Made by a program: the position numbers and the translations under genes
Shown: in pieces, positions 9,444 to 18,099 of the stretch
Layout of the letters: the number at the start of each line of letters is the position of its first letter
Position numbering within the stretch: position 1 is the stretch's first letter
The notes under the pieces: generated by a model
The model's input: only the letters and a program-made list of their open reading frames with translations
The model's database searches: none
Told to the model about the DNA's origin: nothing
Source of the DNA: a virus
Taxonomy: Duplodnaviria > Caudoviricetes
Direction: 5' to 3' (one strand)
IMG/VR virus record: IMGVR_UViG_3300005662_000036
Span: 1 to 64,000 of that record
DNA length: 64,000 nucleotides

Positions 9444-11353
9444 GACACTGGGCTTGTTGCTGGAGATACAGCTTGTGCTGTTGAAGGCGTTTCAACTTCA
9501 GGTCCAGCAGAACTACTTGCTGTGTCAGTAGAGGATGTTTGAGTAGGTTCGTTTGTTTGTCCGCCAAAATCAGGTACTTCACCTTCTCCTGGAGCTTCTT
9601 TACCAAATTCGGGTATTTCCGGAGAAGCTCCTCCTCCGCCAGACATCATATCTGATGCTCCTCCAGTAGTGCTGTCTGTAATCTCTTGTTGGCTAGCAGC
9701 CAGTTCTCTGAAGTTTGGACCACTAGCTTTAATTTGTTCGAGCTCCCAGGTTAGTGCTGCATCTCTTCTCATCCACTCTCTGTTCTCTTTCATTTCTTCA
9801 GCAGACATATCTAAATAGTATTTTTGTGCATAAGATTTAGAAATAAACTCACCTTGAGTTGCAGAATTATAATTTTCAAATTTTAAGGCAAGAAGCTGTT
9901 GGTTGCGCATCGTCATGAAAGACGTTGGCTCGTTAAATTTAATTCTGAAAGACTGTTCTTTCAAATTATATTCATCCCACAAACCTTTGAGTTTGAGATG
10001 AGTAATAAACGTTTGTTTTATGCCTGAAGCAACTTGAGCTTGAAGTCGAATTATAAATCTTGCAAATCTTAATTCATCTCTAGTTATTTCTGCTCCATCT
10101 TTAAAAACATCACCTGCAGTTAAAAATCTAGAAATTGGAACCTTTAGAGTTTTATATAATTTTGTTAAAAAATAATCTAAGTCTTTTATTTCATTAAGAG
10201 GATTGGATGAAGGTAGTGTGTTTACTTCAGTTCCCTTTCCAGAAGCATCAACTGGAAACCAATACGCATCCAACATGGATTGTGGATCATATACATTAGC
10301 AACTTGCTTTTCAGTACCGTTATAAGTTTTTTTTGACCAAAACTTCATCATGAGACCTTTAATGTATGCTTCAGCTCTTGGTGGAGGCATATTGCCTGTA
10401 TAGACTTTGAACTGTAATCTTTCTGGTGCTCGAACTAAACGGTAAACCACAACCGCATCTTCTATCAGCGTCAATTGTCTATATGCTCTTTTACTATTTT
10501 CTATAAACGGAATTCGTATTGTTCTAAATTCATTCCACAAATTAGAATGCATATAACTCACTTGAGCTTTTTGTAAGAACAAAAGCTCTTCTTGATCTTC
10601 TCTATTTATAGACTCAGTAGGACCAACGATTGGTTTTCTGAGTAAAAACCCTTTCAATAATTCGTTTTGTACGTTGTGATAAACGGGATTAATCAACTCA
10701 GAAGGAATCGACATGACTCCTATTATGCCCAATCTCTTTTTTTCTTGATGAATTATGTTTTCAAAAAACACTTCTCCTTCTACAAGGAGCTGACGAAACA
10801 ATTCCCATCCTTTATTTTCAAGGTCGAATATTTGAATAAACGAAAAAAACTCTTTAATAATCGAATCTTGAACCGTTTTTGAGTAAGTGTTTTGAATGTC
10901 AATTTTAACAACTTCTTGTTTTTCGTTTAATACAATACATTCATCGCAAATTTCATCTAAGCAGTCAGCTAGTTCAGCATAAGCAGCCATTTTTCTATAG
11001 TCCATCAGCCTATTGCTTTTATCTTTGTCTATTTGTGCATATATAAAAGCTTGGTAGTCTTTATTAAAAGAGAAACTTCCTGGAGTTCCCGTGCCATAGT
11101 TGTCTTTACCTCCAAAATCATCTCCTATAAAAACGGATTGTTTTTGAAGCATTTCTTCTCTATTCGAAGACTGATGTTTAAAGTCGTAAAATTTTGGATT
11201 ATTATTAATAAGCGAATCGATAATTTGAAGAGAAAACGGTAATCGATTTAAAACTGCACTCATTAAGCTCGTTTGTGGATAAGGAGAAGGTTTTGTTCCT
11301 CCCGTCGAGTTTCCAGGAACCGAAGCGTTATATGTATATGGTCGATAGATCAC
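9440..11353 (-). CDS. 20: portal vertex protein (T4 gp20-like)
   Basis: Conserved gp20 motifs RAPERLQFKVYTGNMP, SMLDAYWFP, GTEVNTLP, DLDYFLTKLYKTLKVPISR, ITRDELRFARFIIRLQ. Confidence 0.95.
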   Translation of the reverse strand: MIYRPYTYNASVPGNSTGGTKPSPYPQTSLMSAVLNRLPFSLQIIDSLINNNPKFYDFKHQSSNREEMLQKQSVFIGDDFGGKDNYGTGTPGSFSFNKDYQAFIYAQIDKDKSNRLMDYRKMAAYAELADCLDEICDECIVLNEKQEVVKIDIQNTYSKTVQDSIIKEFFSFIQIFDLENKGWELFRQLLVEGEVFFENIIHQEKKRLGIIGVMSIPSELINPVYHNVQNELLKGFLLRKPIVGPTESINREDQEELLFLQKAQVSYMHSNLWNEFRTIRIPFIENSKRAYRQLTLIEDAVVVYRLVRAPERLQFKVYTGNMPPPRAEAYIKGLMMKFWSKKTYNGTEKQVANVYDPQSMLDAYWFPVDASGKGTEVNTLPSSNPLNEIKDLDYFLTKLYKTLKVPISRFLTAGDVFKDGAEITRDELRFARFIIRLQAQVASGIKQTFITHLKLKGLWDEYNLKEQSFRIKFNEPTSFMTMRNQQLLALKFENYNSATQGEFISKSYAQKYYLDMSAEEMKENREWMRRDAALTWELEQIKASGPNFRELAASQQEITDSTTGGASDMMSGGGGASPEIPEFGKEAPGEGEVPDFGGQTNEPTQTSSTDTASSSAGPEVETPSTAQAVSPATSPVS

Positions 11354-11383
11354 AAGTTTTAATTATTTGGTTTTGGTAATAAA

Positions 11384-11911
11384 TCACTTTACAACAACAA
11401 AATGATTTGTAAACTCACTTTTTTTAATTACTTCATAACTTTGTTCAAAATTTGTTAAAGAAAATGTTCCAATTACATCTCCGCTTTCTAAAGCAATAAT
11501 GTTTTTTTTACTGTCGAATATAGTTGCAGGGCTTCCTTCGTAAATAATTCCATTAAATAGTGTTTTTCGATAAGCATACTCTTTAACTGTTCCTAATCCT
11601 TTGATTGGACACTCATGTTCAAACAAGTGTTCGAATTCATGAAGCTTCAGTACACGTTGATGTTTTGTTGATGTCTCTTGAACAAGCCAATAATCTTTAC
11701 TAACCTGTTCTTGAAATCCGTTGATAGTAACAGTTTCTCCTTCATTTAATAATCTCGCAAAAACGGTTGATGTTTTTTTGAATTGTTTAATAAGCGTTGT
11801 GTTTTTTCTTATTTCGCATAATATATTATGTGTAGTCTTTTCTATTGTGTTTTTTTCGACCTTTATATATAATGTTTGAAACTCATCCCACTCTTTACTT
11901 TGTTTTGTCAT
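11384..11911 (-). CDS. hypothetical protein
   Basis: 175-aa ORF filling the gap upstream of the portal; no recognised motif. Confidence 0.6.
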   Translation of the reverse strand: MTKQSKEWDEFQTLYIKVEKNTIEKTTHNILCEIRKNTTLIKQFKKTSTVFARLLNEGETVTINGFQEQVSKDYWLVQETSTKHQRVLKLHEFEHLFEHECPIKGLGTVKEYAYRKTLFNGIIYEGSPATIFDSKKNIIALESGDVIGTFSLTNFEQSYEVIKKSEFTNHFVVVK

Positions 11912-12212
11912 GATTCAATTATTTAATAAAAAGACCTCTAATAAGAAATCAAACAACTCACTTGAAATATTACCGCGCTCGTTTTTTGTGTGGACATCGA
12001 TTCGAGCAGGAGATGGTATGCTTTTTTTTGAAGAGTATGACGATTATTATAAATTTTTATATTTTCCTGGAAACGATTTTTTTTGTCTAACCAAACAAGA
12101 TTTCAATCAGTACGTTAGCCAAGAAATATTAGTTTTTGTTGAATGTATGCCTCAAGATATTTTTGATGAAACGATAAAATATTCGTTGTCTTGTCTTCAA
12201 AAAGCAGAGTAG
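11910..12212 (+). CDS. hypothetical protein
   Basis: 100-aa ORF, first of a run of small + strand genes; start uncertain. Confidence 0.55.
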   Translation: MIQLFNKKTSNKKSNNSLEILPRSFFVWTSIRAGDGMLFFEEYDDYYKFLYFPGNDFFCLTKQDFNQYVSQEILVFVECMPQDIFDETIKYSLSCLQKAE

Positions 12213-12224
12213 ATTACGTTTCGT

Positions 12225-12473
12225 ATGAAAACTAAATATAAAAATAAAGAATCAAACAATGTATCTATTGAAAGAATGTCCGTATATGAAATGTGTAGAT
12301 GGGCCTCTTTGAAAGAAGCAGTTGATATTATTGCAGACAAGTGTGAAGATCGCAAGGTAGATTTTGAAACATTTGATCTAAAACCATTAGATATTTTAAA
12401 ATTTGTGGACACAATGACAGATGATCTATATAATAAAGTTCTAGCACAGACTCCAATACATGAACAAAACTGA
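12225..12473 (+). CDS. hypothetical protein
   Basis: 82 aa, tightly packed. Confidence 0.65.
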   Translation: MKTKYKNKESNNVSIERMSVYEMCRWASLKEAVDIIADKCEDRKVDFETFDLKPLDILKFVDTMTDDLYNKVLAQTPIHEQN

Positions 12474-12900
12474 ATTTAAAATTTTAACAATCTCCTTAGT
12501 TCTTACTTTTGCTTTATCTGCAATAATAGGAGTTGCTGGAAGTTTTATAATTGGCTCGTTTTGGGCATGGTTCTGCTTGTCTTTTTTTGCACAAGTTATA
12601 ATATTTGCTATAGCTAATTCGTTTACTATCAATAAGCTTTCTCTCGAGCAAGAAAAAGCAAACGCAATAGCACTTGAACAATTTTCAAAATTTAGCATTA
12701 AAATATCATGCGCATATTGTAATCAATATGCTTTGGTTCCTATTCAGCTAAATCAAAAAAACACGTTTAAATGCGAAAATTGCAATCAAGTAAATGGAAT
12801 TTCCATGCAATTTACTTCAACAACAATAACAACACCAATCGAATCAGTTACTGTCCCAATAGACAGCGGAAATTCATTTGAATTTAAAGTTTCTAGATAA
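12460..12900 (+). CDS. membrane protein (2 TM) with C-terminal zinc ribbon
   Basis: Two hydrophobic segments, then CAYC-x17-CENC. Confidence 0.7.
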   Translation: MNKTEFKILTISLVLTFALSAIIGVAGSFIIGSFWAWFCLSFFAQVIIFAIANSFTINKLSLEQEKANAIALEQFSKFSIKISCAYCNQYALVPIQLNQKNTFKCENCNQVNGISMQFTSTTITTPIESVTVPIDSGNSFEFKVSR

Positions 12901-12908
12901 TTAAACAC

Positions 12909-13187
12909 GTGGAAAATTTTCAAAATTTTGTAAACTTAAATATTAATTCTATTCTTCCAGAGCCTAAGCCTATTAAACATTTAAGCTATCCTTTGGAAAC
13001 AATTGATGAAGATTTAGCTAGAATTTATTGCTCAATTGATACTCTACTTACAAAAGTGAAAATTGCTCAAAAAAATCCAACGAACGAATCTCCAGCATAC
13101 ACTAAGCTATTGAAAAACGTAGAATATAAAGTTGCAAGCTGCAGAGATTTAATCAAACAGATAAATCAGCAAATTCAAAAAATTTAA
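12909..13187 (+). CDS. hypothetical helical protein
   Basis: 92 aa, GTG start. Confidence 0.55.
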   Translation: MENFQNFVNLNINSILPEPKPIKHLSYPLETIDEDLARIYCSIDTLLTKVKIAQKNPTNESPAYTKLLKNVEYKVASCRDLIKQINQQIQKI

Positions 13188-13207
13188 TTTTTTTTTTTAA
13201 TAATTCG

Positions 13208-13236
13208 TTGAAAAAAAAAATCTTTTAGTTTAAATT
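13208..13236 (+). promoter_or_regulatory. sigma70-like early promoter candidate
   Basis: TTGAAA-17 nt-TAAATT, 7 nt before ATG 13244, in the intergenic gap. Confidence 0.4.
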
Positions 13237-13243
13237 ACAAAGA

Positions 13244-13504
13244 ATGATTTCACCAACAATTTATATAGTCAAACAAGAACAAGTAGGAAGTCAAGATTTG
13301 CAGGAATTTCTTAGAAAACAAATTAAGCTTCAATTTGAAGGAAAAGAATATTACATATCTAAAGAAGAAATAATCGAAAAGCCGACACATTATTCAAAAA
13401 CTCCGAGAAAACTCAGAGGATTTCTTATTAACGAAAACAACACAAAAGGCCATTCGATTTGGTTTGACGTAACAGACATTAAAACTGTTCAATGGGTAGC
13501 TTAA
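13244..13504 (+). CDS. hypothetical protein
   Basis: 86 aa after a candidate early promoter. Confidence 0.6.
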   Translation: MISPTIYIVKQEQVGSQDLQEFLRKQIKLQFEGKEYYISKEEIIEKPTHYSKTPRKLRGFLINENNTKGHSIWFDVTDIKTVQWVA

Positions 13505-13508
13505 TCTT

Positions 13509-13811
13509 ATGAGTAACGATTTTATTGAAAAAGCATCAGCTGCATTAAAAGAGGCAGCAAAAACAATGCATGAGCGAGGCGGCGAATATGCTGATACGTG
13601 GGGAAAAGACGGGTGCTGGCATCTAACCAAGTCCATTATTAAAAAATATACAGAAAAAGAACTTGATAACGAATCCGTAAAAGCTATTGCGTTAGCTTCT
13701 TTTATAGATCAAAAGTATTCTCGATTTGCTGGAGGTTATAAACACGATACAGCACTAGACTTAATTCCTTATTTGGGAGCACTTTCAGAAACAATTAAAC
13801 AACAACAATAA
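13509..13811 (+). CDS. small helical protein resembling DUF6378 / nucleotide-modification-associated domain proteins
   Basis: AAKTMHERGGEYADTW resembles the ERGxxYG / KxxDYG motif; DTALDLIPY resembles the DxxxDLxxY motif of these phage proteins. Confidence 0.45.
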   Translation: MSNDFIEKASAALKEAAKTMHERGGEYADTWGKDGCWHLTKSIIKKYTEKELDNESVKAIALASFIDQKYSRFAGGYKHDTALDLIPYLGALSETIKQQQ

Positions 13812-13814
13812 ATA
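13809..13814 (+). promoter_or_regulatory. TAAATA late-promoter-like motif upstream of the glycosylation cassette
   Basis: 12 nt before ATG 13827. Confidence 0.5.
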
Positions 13815-13826
13815 ACACACTACATT

Positions 13827-15065
13827 ATGTCAACCATATTCATACAAATAGCTTCTTATAGAGATCCTCAACTTGTTCCAACACTTAAAGATTGCATTGC
13901 TAAAGCCAAATATCCAAAAAATTTGAGATTTTGTATTGCATGGCAACACGATGAAACGGAAAATTTAGACGAATTTAAAAACGACAAAAGATTCAATATT
14001 CTTGATATTCCGTTTGAACAATCTAAAGGAGCATGCTGGGCCAGAAATCAAATCCAACAGCATTATAAAAATGAGACATATACTCTACAGCTTGATAGCC
14101 ATCATAGATTTGTTCAAGACTGGGATGAAGAGTGCATTAACATGATCAAGCAATTACAGGACGATGGTCATAAAAAACCTTTACTAACTTCATACATTCC
14201 AAGTTTTGATCCAGATAACGATCCAGGAGCAAGAGTTGACGTTCCTTGGAAAATGAATTTCGATCGCTTTATTCCAGAAGGTGCTGTATTTTTCTTGCCA
14301 GCTTCGATTGACAATTTCCGAGAGTTGCAAAAACCAATTCCTGCTAGATTTTATTCTGCTCACTTTGCTTTCACGTTAGGACAATTCTGTAAAGAAGTTC
14401 CTCACGATCCTGAATATTATTTTCATGGAGAAGAAATTTCTATAGCAGTTAGAGCTTTCACGTGGGGATATGATTTATTCCATCCGCACAAAATTGTCGC
14501 ATGGCATGAATATACCAGAAAAGGTAGAACTAAACAATGGGACGATGACAAACAATGGGTTGCCAGAAACGATGCCTGTCATCTTAAAAATAGAAAATTG
14601 TTTGAAATGGATGGTGAAAAAAGAGATGTTGATTTTGGAGTCTATGGATTTGGTAAAGTAAGAACTTTAGATCAATACGAAAGATATTCAGGTCTTTGTT
14701 TTAAAAGAAGAGCCATTCAAAAGTATACTTTAGATAATAACATTGCTCCGAATCCTCAATATTCAAACGAAGAAGAATATCGAAACTCTTTCTTATCAAT
14801 ATTTAAACACTGTATTGATATTGGATATGACCGCGTTCCTGAAAAAGATTATGATTTTTGGTGTGTTGCTTTTCACGGAGAAAACGACGAGACTTTATAC
14901 AGAAAAGATGCAGATCAAGAAGAAATCAGCAGAATGATGAATGATCCAGACAAATATTGTAAAGTTTGGAGAGAATTTAATGCAGAAGTCAAACCCAAAT
15001 ATTGGGTAGTATGGCCGTTCTCTAAGAGCAAAGGTTGGGGAGAAAGAATGACAGGTAACTTATAA
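13827..15065 (+). CDS. GT60 / Gnt1-like polypeptide N-acetylglucosaminyltransferase (Pfam GlcNAc-like)
   Basis: TIFIQIASYRDP at the N-terminus, QSKGACWAR, LQLDSHHRF (DSH motif at 14094-14102), FHGEEISIAVRAFTWGYDLFHP, WHEY; no signal peptide or TM. Confidence 0.85.
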   Translation: MSTIFIQIASYRDPQLVPTLKDCIAKAKYPKNLRFCIAWQHDETENLDEFKNDKRFNILDIPFEQSKGACWARNQIQQHYKNETYTLQLDSHHRFVQDWDEECINMIKQLQDDGHKKPLLTSYIPSFDPDNDPGARVDVPWKMNFDRFIPEGAVFFLPASIDNFRELQKPIPARFYSAHFAFTLGQFCKEVPHDPEYYFHGEEISIAVRAFTWGYDLFHPHKIVAWHEYTRKGRTKQWDDDKQWVARNDACHLKNRKLFEMDGEKRDVDFGVYGFGKVRTLDQYERYSGLCFKRRAIQKYTLDNNIAPNPQYSNEEEYRNSFLSIFKHCIDIGYDRVPEKDYDFWCVAFHGENDETLYRKDADQEEISRMMNDPDKYCKVWREFNAEVKPKYWVVWPFSKSKGWGERMTGNL

Positions 15066-15066
15066 A

Positions 15067-15642
15067 ATGGAAAAAAAGTTTTTTGTAGTTTCTTTACCAA
15101 GAACCGGAACATCGTCGATAACAAAAATGGCTTTAACGTGTGGGTTAAAGCCTCGACATGCTCCACATTCTCTGTGGAAAAGGTTTGCTACAGATCACAA
15201 TTTTTTGTCAGATACTCCAATATACTGTCCTTTTGCTATAAACGAATTTTGCCAAAACGAAAAACTAAACTGTCATTTTATTTACATAGATAGAGAGTGG
15301 GAAGATCTGTTCCAATCATGGAAAAACTCTAAATTGTTTGCGAACTACGAAAGTATGAAAAAAAACTATTTAGATCCAAACTATAATAAACCAATTCCAT
15401 ATGATTTTATTGCATATCAATCAGCATTTAATGGAGATTTGTTGAACGAGCAAAATTACGCAAGCTTGTTTGAAACGCACAAAACCACAGTATTTGATAT
15501 AATCAAGGCTCACAATAAACCGTTGCTTGTTTATAGTTTTAACCAAGGATGGGAGCCTTTTTGCAACTTTATCGAGAAAGATGTTCCTAGTGATATTTTA
15601 CCACATTTAAATAAAGGTAAAATGCTAGACAAAATTGTTTGA
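15067..15642 (+). CDS. sulfotransferase (Sulfotransfer_4-like)
   Basis: FFVVSLPRTGTSS at the N-terminus and LLVYSFNQGWEPFCNFIEKDVPSDILPHLN at the C-terminus. Confidence 0.75.
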   Translation: MEKKFFVVSLPRTGTSSITKMALTCGLKPRHAPHSLWKRFATDHNFLSDTPIYCPFAINEFCQNEKLNCHFIYIDREWEDLFQSWKNSKLFANYESMKKNYLDPNYNKPIPYDFIAYQSAFNGDLLNEQNYASLFETHKTTVFDIIKAHNKPLLVYSFNQGWEPFCNFIEKDVPSDILPHLNKGKMLDKIV

Positions 15643-15651
15643 TTTATTATT

Positions 15652-15661
15652 TAAATAAATA
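15652..15661 (+). promoter_or_regulatory. tandem TAAATA late-promoter-like motifs
   Basis: TAAATA at 15652-57 and 15656-61; 8 nt before ATG 15670. Confidence 0.45.
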
Positions 15662-15669
15662 AACAGCAA

Positions 15670-16611
15670 ATGAACACAATTATCGTACACACTCCTCAAA
15701 ACGAAGCCAGCAGAACTTATAGATATTATAATTATTTTTGGGAAGATTTTATAAAATTGTTGGAAACAAAATTTTTTGTAAAACAAGACACGTATTATGA
15801 ATACGCTAATATGAAATCTTACTCTGTTAAGCTACTGAATGACGTGTCTTGTAGCGAACTGCTAGAGTGTGAAATGATAATAGAAAACGAACAAACAAAA
15901 CAGTTTGTTATAATGTCCGTTTCTGATTGTTTAACCGGAGCTATTTTAAACCACCAATCAAATGAGCTATGCCAAAAAGTTTTAGTTGCTCAATTTGATG
16001 AACAAAACATACTTGCTCACTTATTAAACAAAAATAATATTTCAAAGTATTCTCCTTGGATTTACTTTCCTTCAAATAAATTCGACCTAGATGCTTTTTA
16101 TCAAGCACGTAAAAGTAAAACTGATTTGATAGACAAGTTTTGTTTTTGGGGAACTTCTTTAGAAGATCGTGCTATTTTAAGTCATTTTAACTCTGAAGTG
16201 TTTGACGGAGGACGTCCTATAGGAGATTTTAATACATATGCATCTGTGTTGACACAATATAAAGTCGCATTATCTATAGCAGGCAGAGGAGAGTTTTGTT
16301 ACAGAGATATCGAAAATTTTGGGATGGGAGTGCCGATTATAAGATTTGAATATAAAAATAAAATGGCAAAACCTTTAATTCCAAATTTTCACTATATAAG
16401 CGCTGGTGCTCCAGAGGATCTTATATATGATAGAATGGGTCAAAAGCATCACGCGGAAATGATAGAACACAGATTCAATCAAGTAAAAGACGACAAAGAT
16501 TTTTTAAAATTTATTTCAGAAAACGCTAGACAGTATTACATAGATAATCTAAATACAGACAGCAGCGTACAATTAACATACAATCTTTTACAACTACATG
16601 AGTGGGAATAA
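15670..16611 (+). CDS. GT-B glycosyltransferase (GT90/exostosin-like C-terminal domain)
   Basis: YKVALSIAGRGEFCYRDIENFGMGVPII...LIPNFHYIS...LKFISENARQYY. Confidence 0.65.
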   Translation: MNTIIVHTPQNEASRTYRYYNYFWEDFIKLLETKFFVKQDTYYEYANMKSYSVKLLNDVSCSELLECEMIIENEQTKQFVIMSVSDCLTGAILNHQSNELCQKVLVAQFDEQNILAHLLNKNNISKYSPWIYFPSNKFDLDAFYQARKSKTDLIDKFCFWGTSLEDRAILSHFNSEVFDGGRPIGDFNTYASVLTQYKVALSIAGRGEFCYRDIENFGMGVPIIRFEYKNKMAKPLIPNFHYISAGAPEDLIYDRMGQKHHAEMIEHRFNQVKDDKDFLKFISENARQYYIDNLNTDSSVQLTYNLLQLHEWE

Positions 16612-17461
16612 TACAGCATTCGTAACTTGTCTTTACAGCAATCTACACGGAACTCCTTTGGGAGGAAGAAGTGCCAGACGTCATCATTATCTGCAATCAT
16701 TGAAAACTTTGTTAAATACAAATTGCGATTTTATTGTCTATGCTTCGGAAGAAGATACTGAACAAATACAACAAACTGAAGGATTATGCAATAATCCAAA
16801 ACTTAAAGTTATTACAGAAGATATTTTTCAACATCCAGATCTTCCGTTTTTTCAAAAAAAGAAAAAAGATCTTAATATTGTAAACGACGATCGTTGTTAT
16901 GAAATCATGCATAGTAAAGCTCGTTGGTTGAGTAATCATGCTAATGATGGTTACGATTTTATATATTGGATTGATTGCGGTCTTTCTTATGGATCTTTGT
17001 TTCCTGGAAAATACAGAAGTGGAGCCGGATTTGCACATTGGTTTAGCTGTTCATTATTCAATGAAACGATGGTTAGCAATTTAAATAAATCAGCGAACAA
17101 TCTAATCTTACTAGTAGCAGATCAAAAAAACAACTGCATGGGACCTTTCCCGAACGATTTGCTATTTGATTCTGTTATTGAACATAAAAGCAGAGATTAT
17201 GTAGTTGGAGGTCTTTTTGGAGGAAAGTCATCAGATGTACTGCATTTTTGCGAGTCTTACTTTGCTATTCTTAATAAAATGAAGAATTTAGATGTTCTTC
17301 AATCCGAAGAATTATTGTTAACCGCTTTATATTTGCAAACTCCTCAAAAGTTTTCGCCTCTTATCTTTACTTCATGGCATCCAGAAGATAGTGACATGGC
17401 TATATATAATAAACCAGATGATGTAAGCTTTTACAAAATTTTCGAAAAATTAAACAATTAA
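16598..17461 (+). CDS. HtrL/YibB (WlaTC-like) family putative glycosyltransferase
   Basis: TAFVTCLY, YEIMHSKARWL, YDFIYWIDCGL, VVGGLFGG, SEELLLTALY. Confidence 0.65.
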   Translation: MSGNNTAFVTCLYSNLHGTPLGGRSARRHHYLQSLKTLLNTNCDFIVYASEEDTEQIQQTEGLCNNPKLKVITEDIFQHPDLPFFQKKKKDLNIVNDDRCYEIMHSKARWLSNHANDGYDFIYWIDCGLSYGSLFPGKYRSGAGFAHWFSCSLFNETMVSNLNKSANNLILLVADQKNNCMGPFPNDLLFDSVIEHKSRDYVVGGLFGGKSSDVLHFCESYFAILNKMKNLDVLQSEELLLTALYLQTPQKFSPLIFTSWHPEDSDMAIYNKPDDVSFYKIFEKLNN

Positions 17462-17479
17462 ACAAATAAAAAATCATTT

Positions 17480-18094
17480 ATGACAACAACAATTACAGGC
17501 GTTACCAGTTATAAAGGTATAATGCTTCAACAACACGAAAATATATTTAAAGTTTTAGGAGACTTTCTTAAAGAAATTAAGCCCAAGCGAATTTTAGAAA
17601 TTGGAACAGGAACAGGAGCATTAACTCTTTTTATAAGAGATTTTCTTGATGAAAACGGACTTTCTGAGACAGAAATAAGAACATTCGACGTTAACGACAA
17701 CACAGAGGTTCACGATAGATTGAGAAATATGACTAACGTTATTGTGTCGAAAGAAAATTTGTTTGCTGGAGGAAATGACTTTACTCTATTAAGATACGAT
17801 TTAATCGAATCTTATATTAAACTAGAAGGTACGACTTTAGTGCTTTGCGATGGAGGTTGTAAAATAAAAGAATTTAATCAAATAGCTCCTCTTATAAAGG
17901 TTGGAGATTTTATTATGGCTCACGACTATGCTGACACACGAGAAAATTTTGATAACAAAATTTACGATAAAATTTGGAACTGGAGAGAAATAGGAGATGA
18001 AGATATCGAAGAAGCAGTTCAAAAAAATAATTTAGTACCATATAATAAAGAAAATTTCGATTCGGTTGTGTGGGTATGCAGAAAAAAACAATAA
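17480..18094 (+). CDS. class I SAM-dependent methyltransferase (CmcI/Methyltransf_24-like sugar O-methyltransferase)
   Basis: KPKRILEIGTGTGAL (motif I), LVLCDGG, LIKVGDFIMAHD. Confidence 0.8.
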   Translation: MTTTITGVTSYKGIMLQQHENIFKVLGDFLKEIKPKRILEIGTGTGALTLFIRDFLDENGLSETEIRTFDVNDNTEVHDRLRNMTNVIVSKENLFAGGNDFTLLRYDLIESYIKLEGTTLVLCDGGCKIKEFNQIAPLIKVGDFIMAHDYADTRENFDNKIYDKIWNWREIGDEDIEEAVQKNNLVPYNKENFDSVVWVCRKKQ

Positions 18095-18099
18095 AGATT

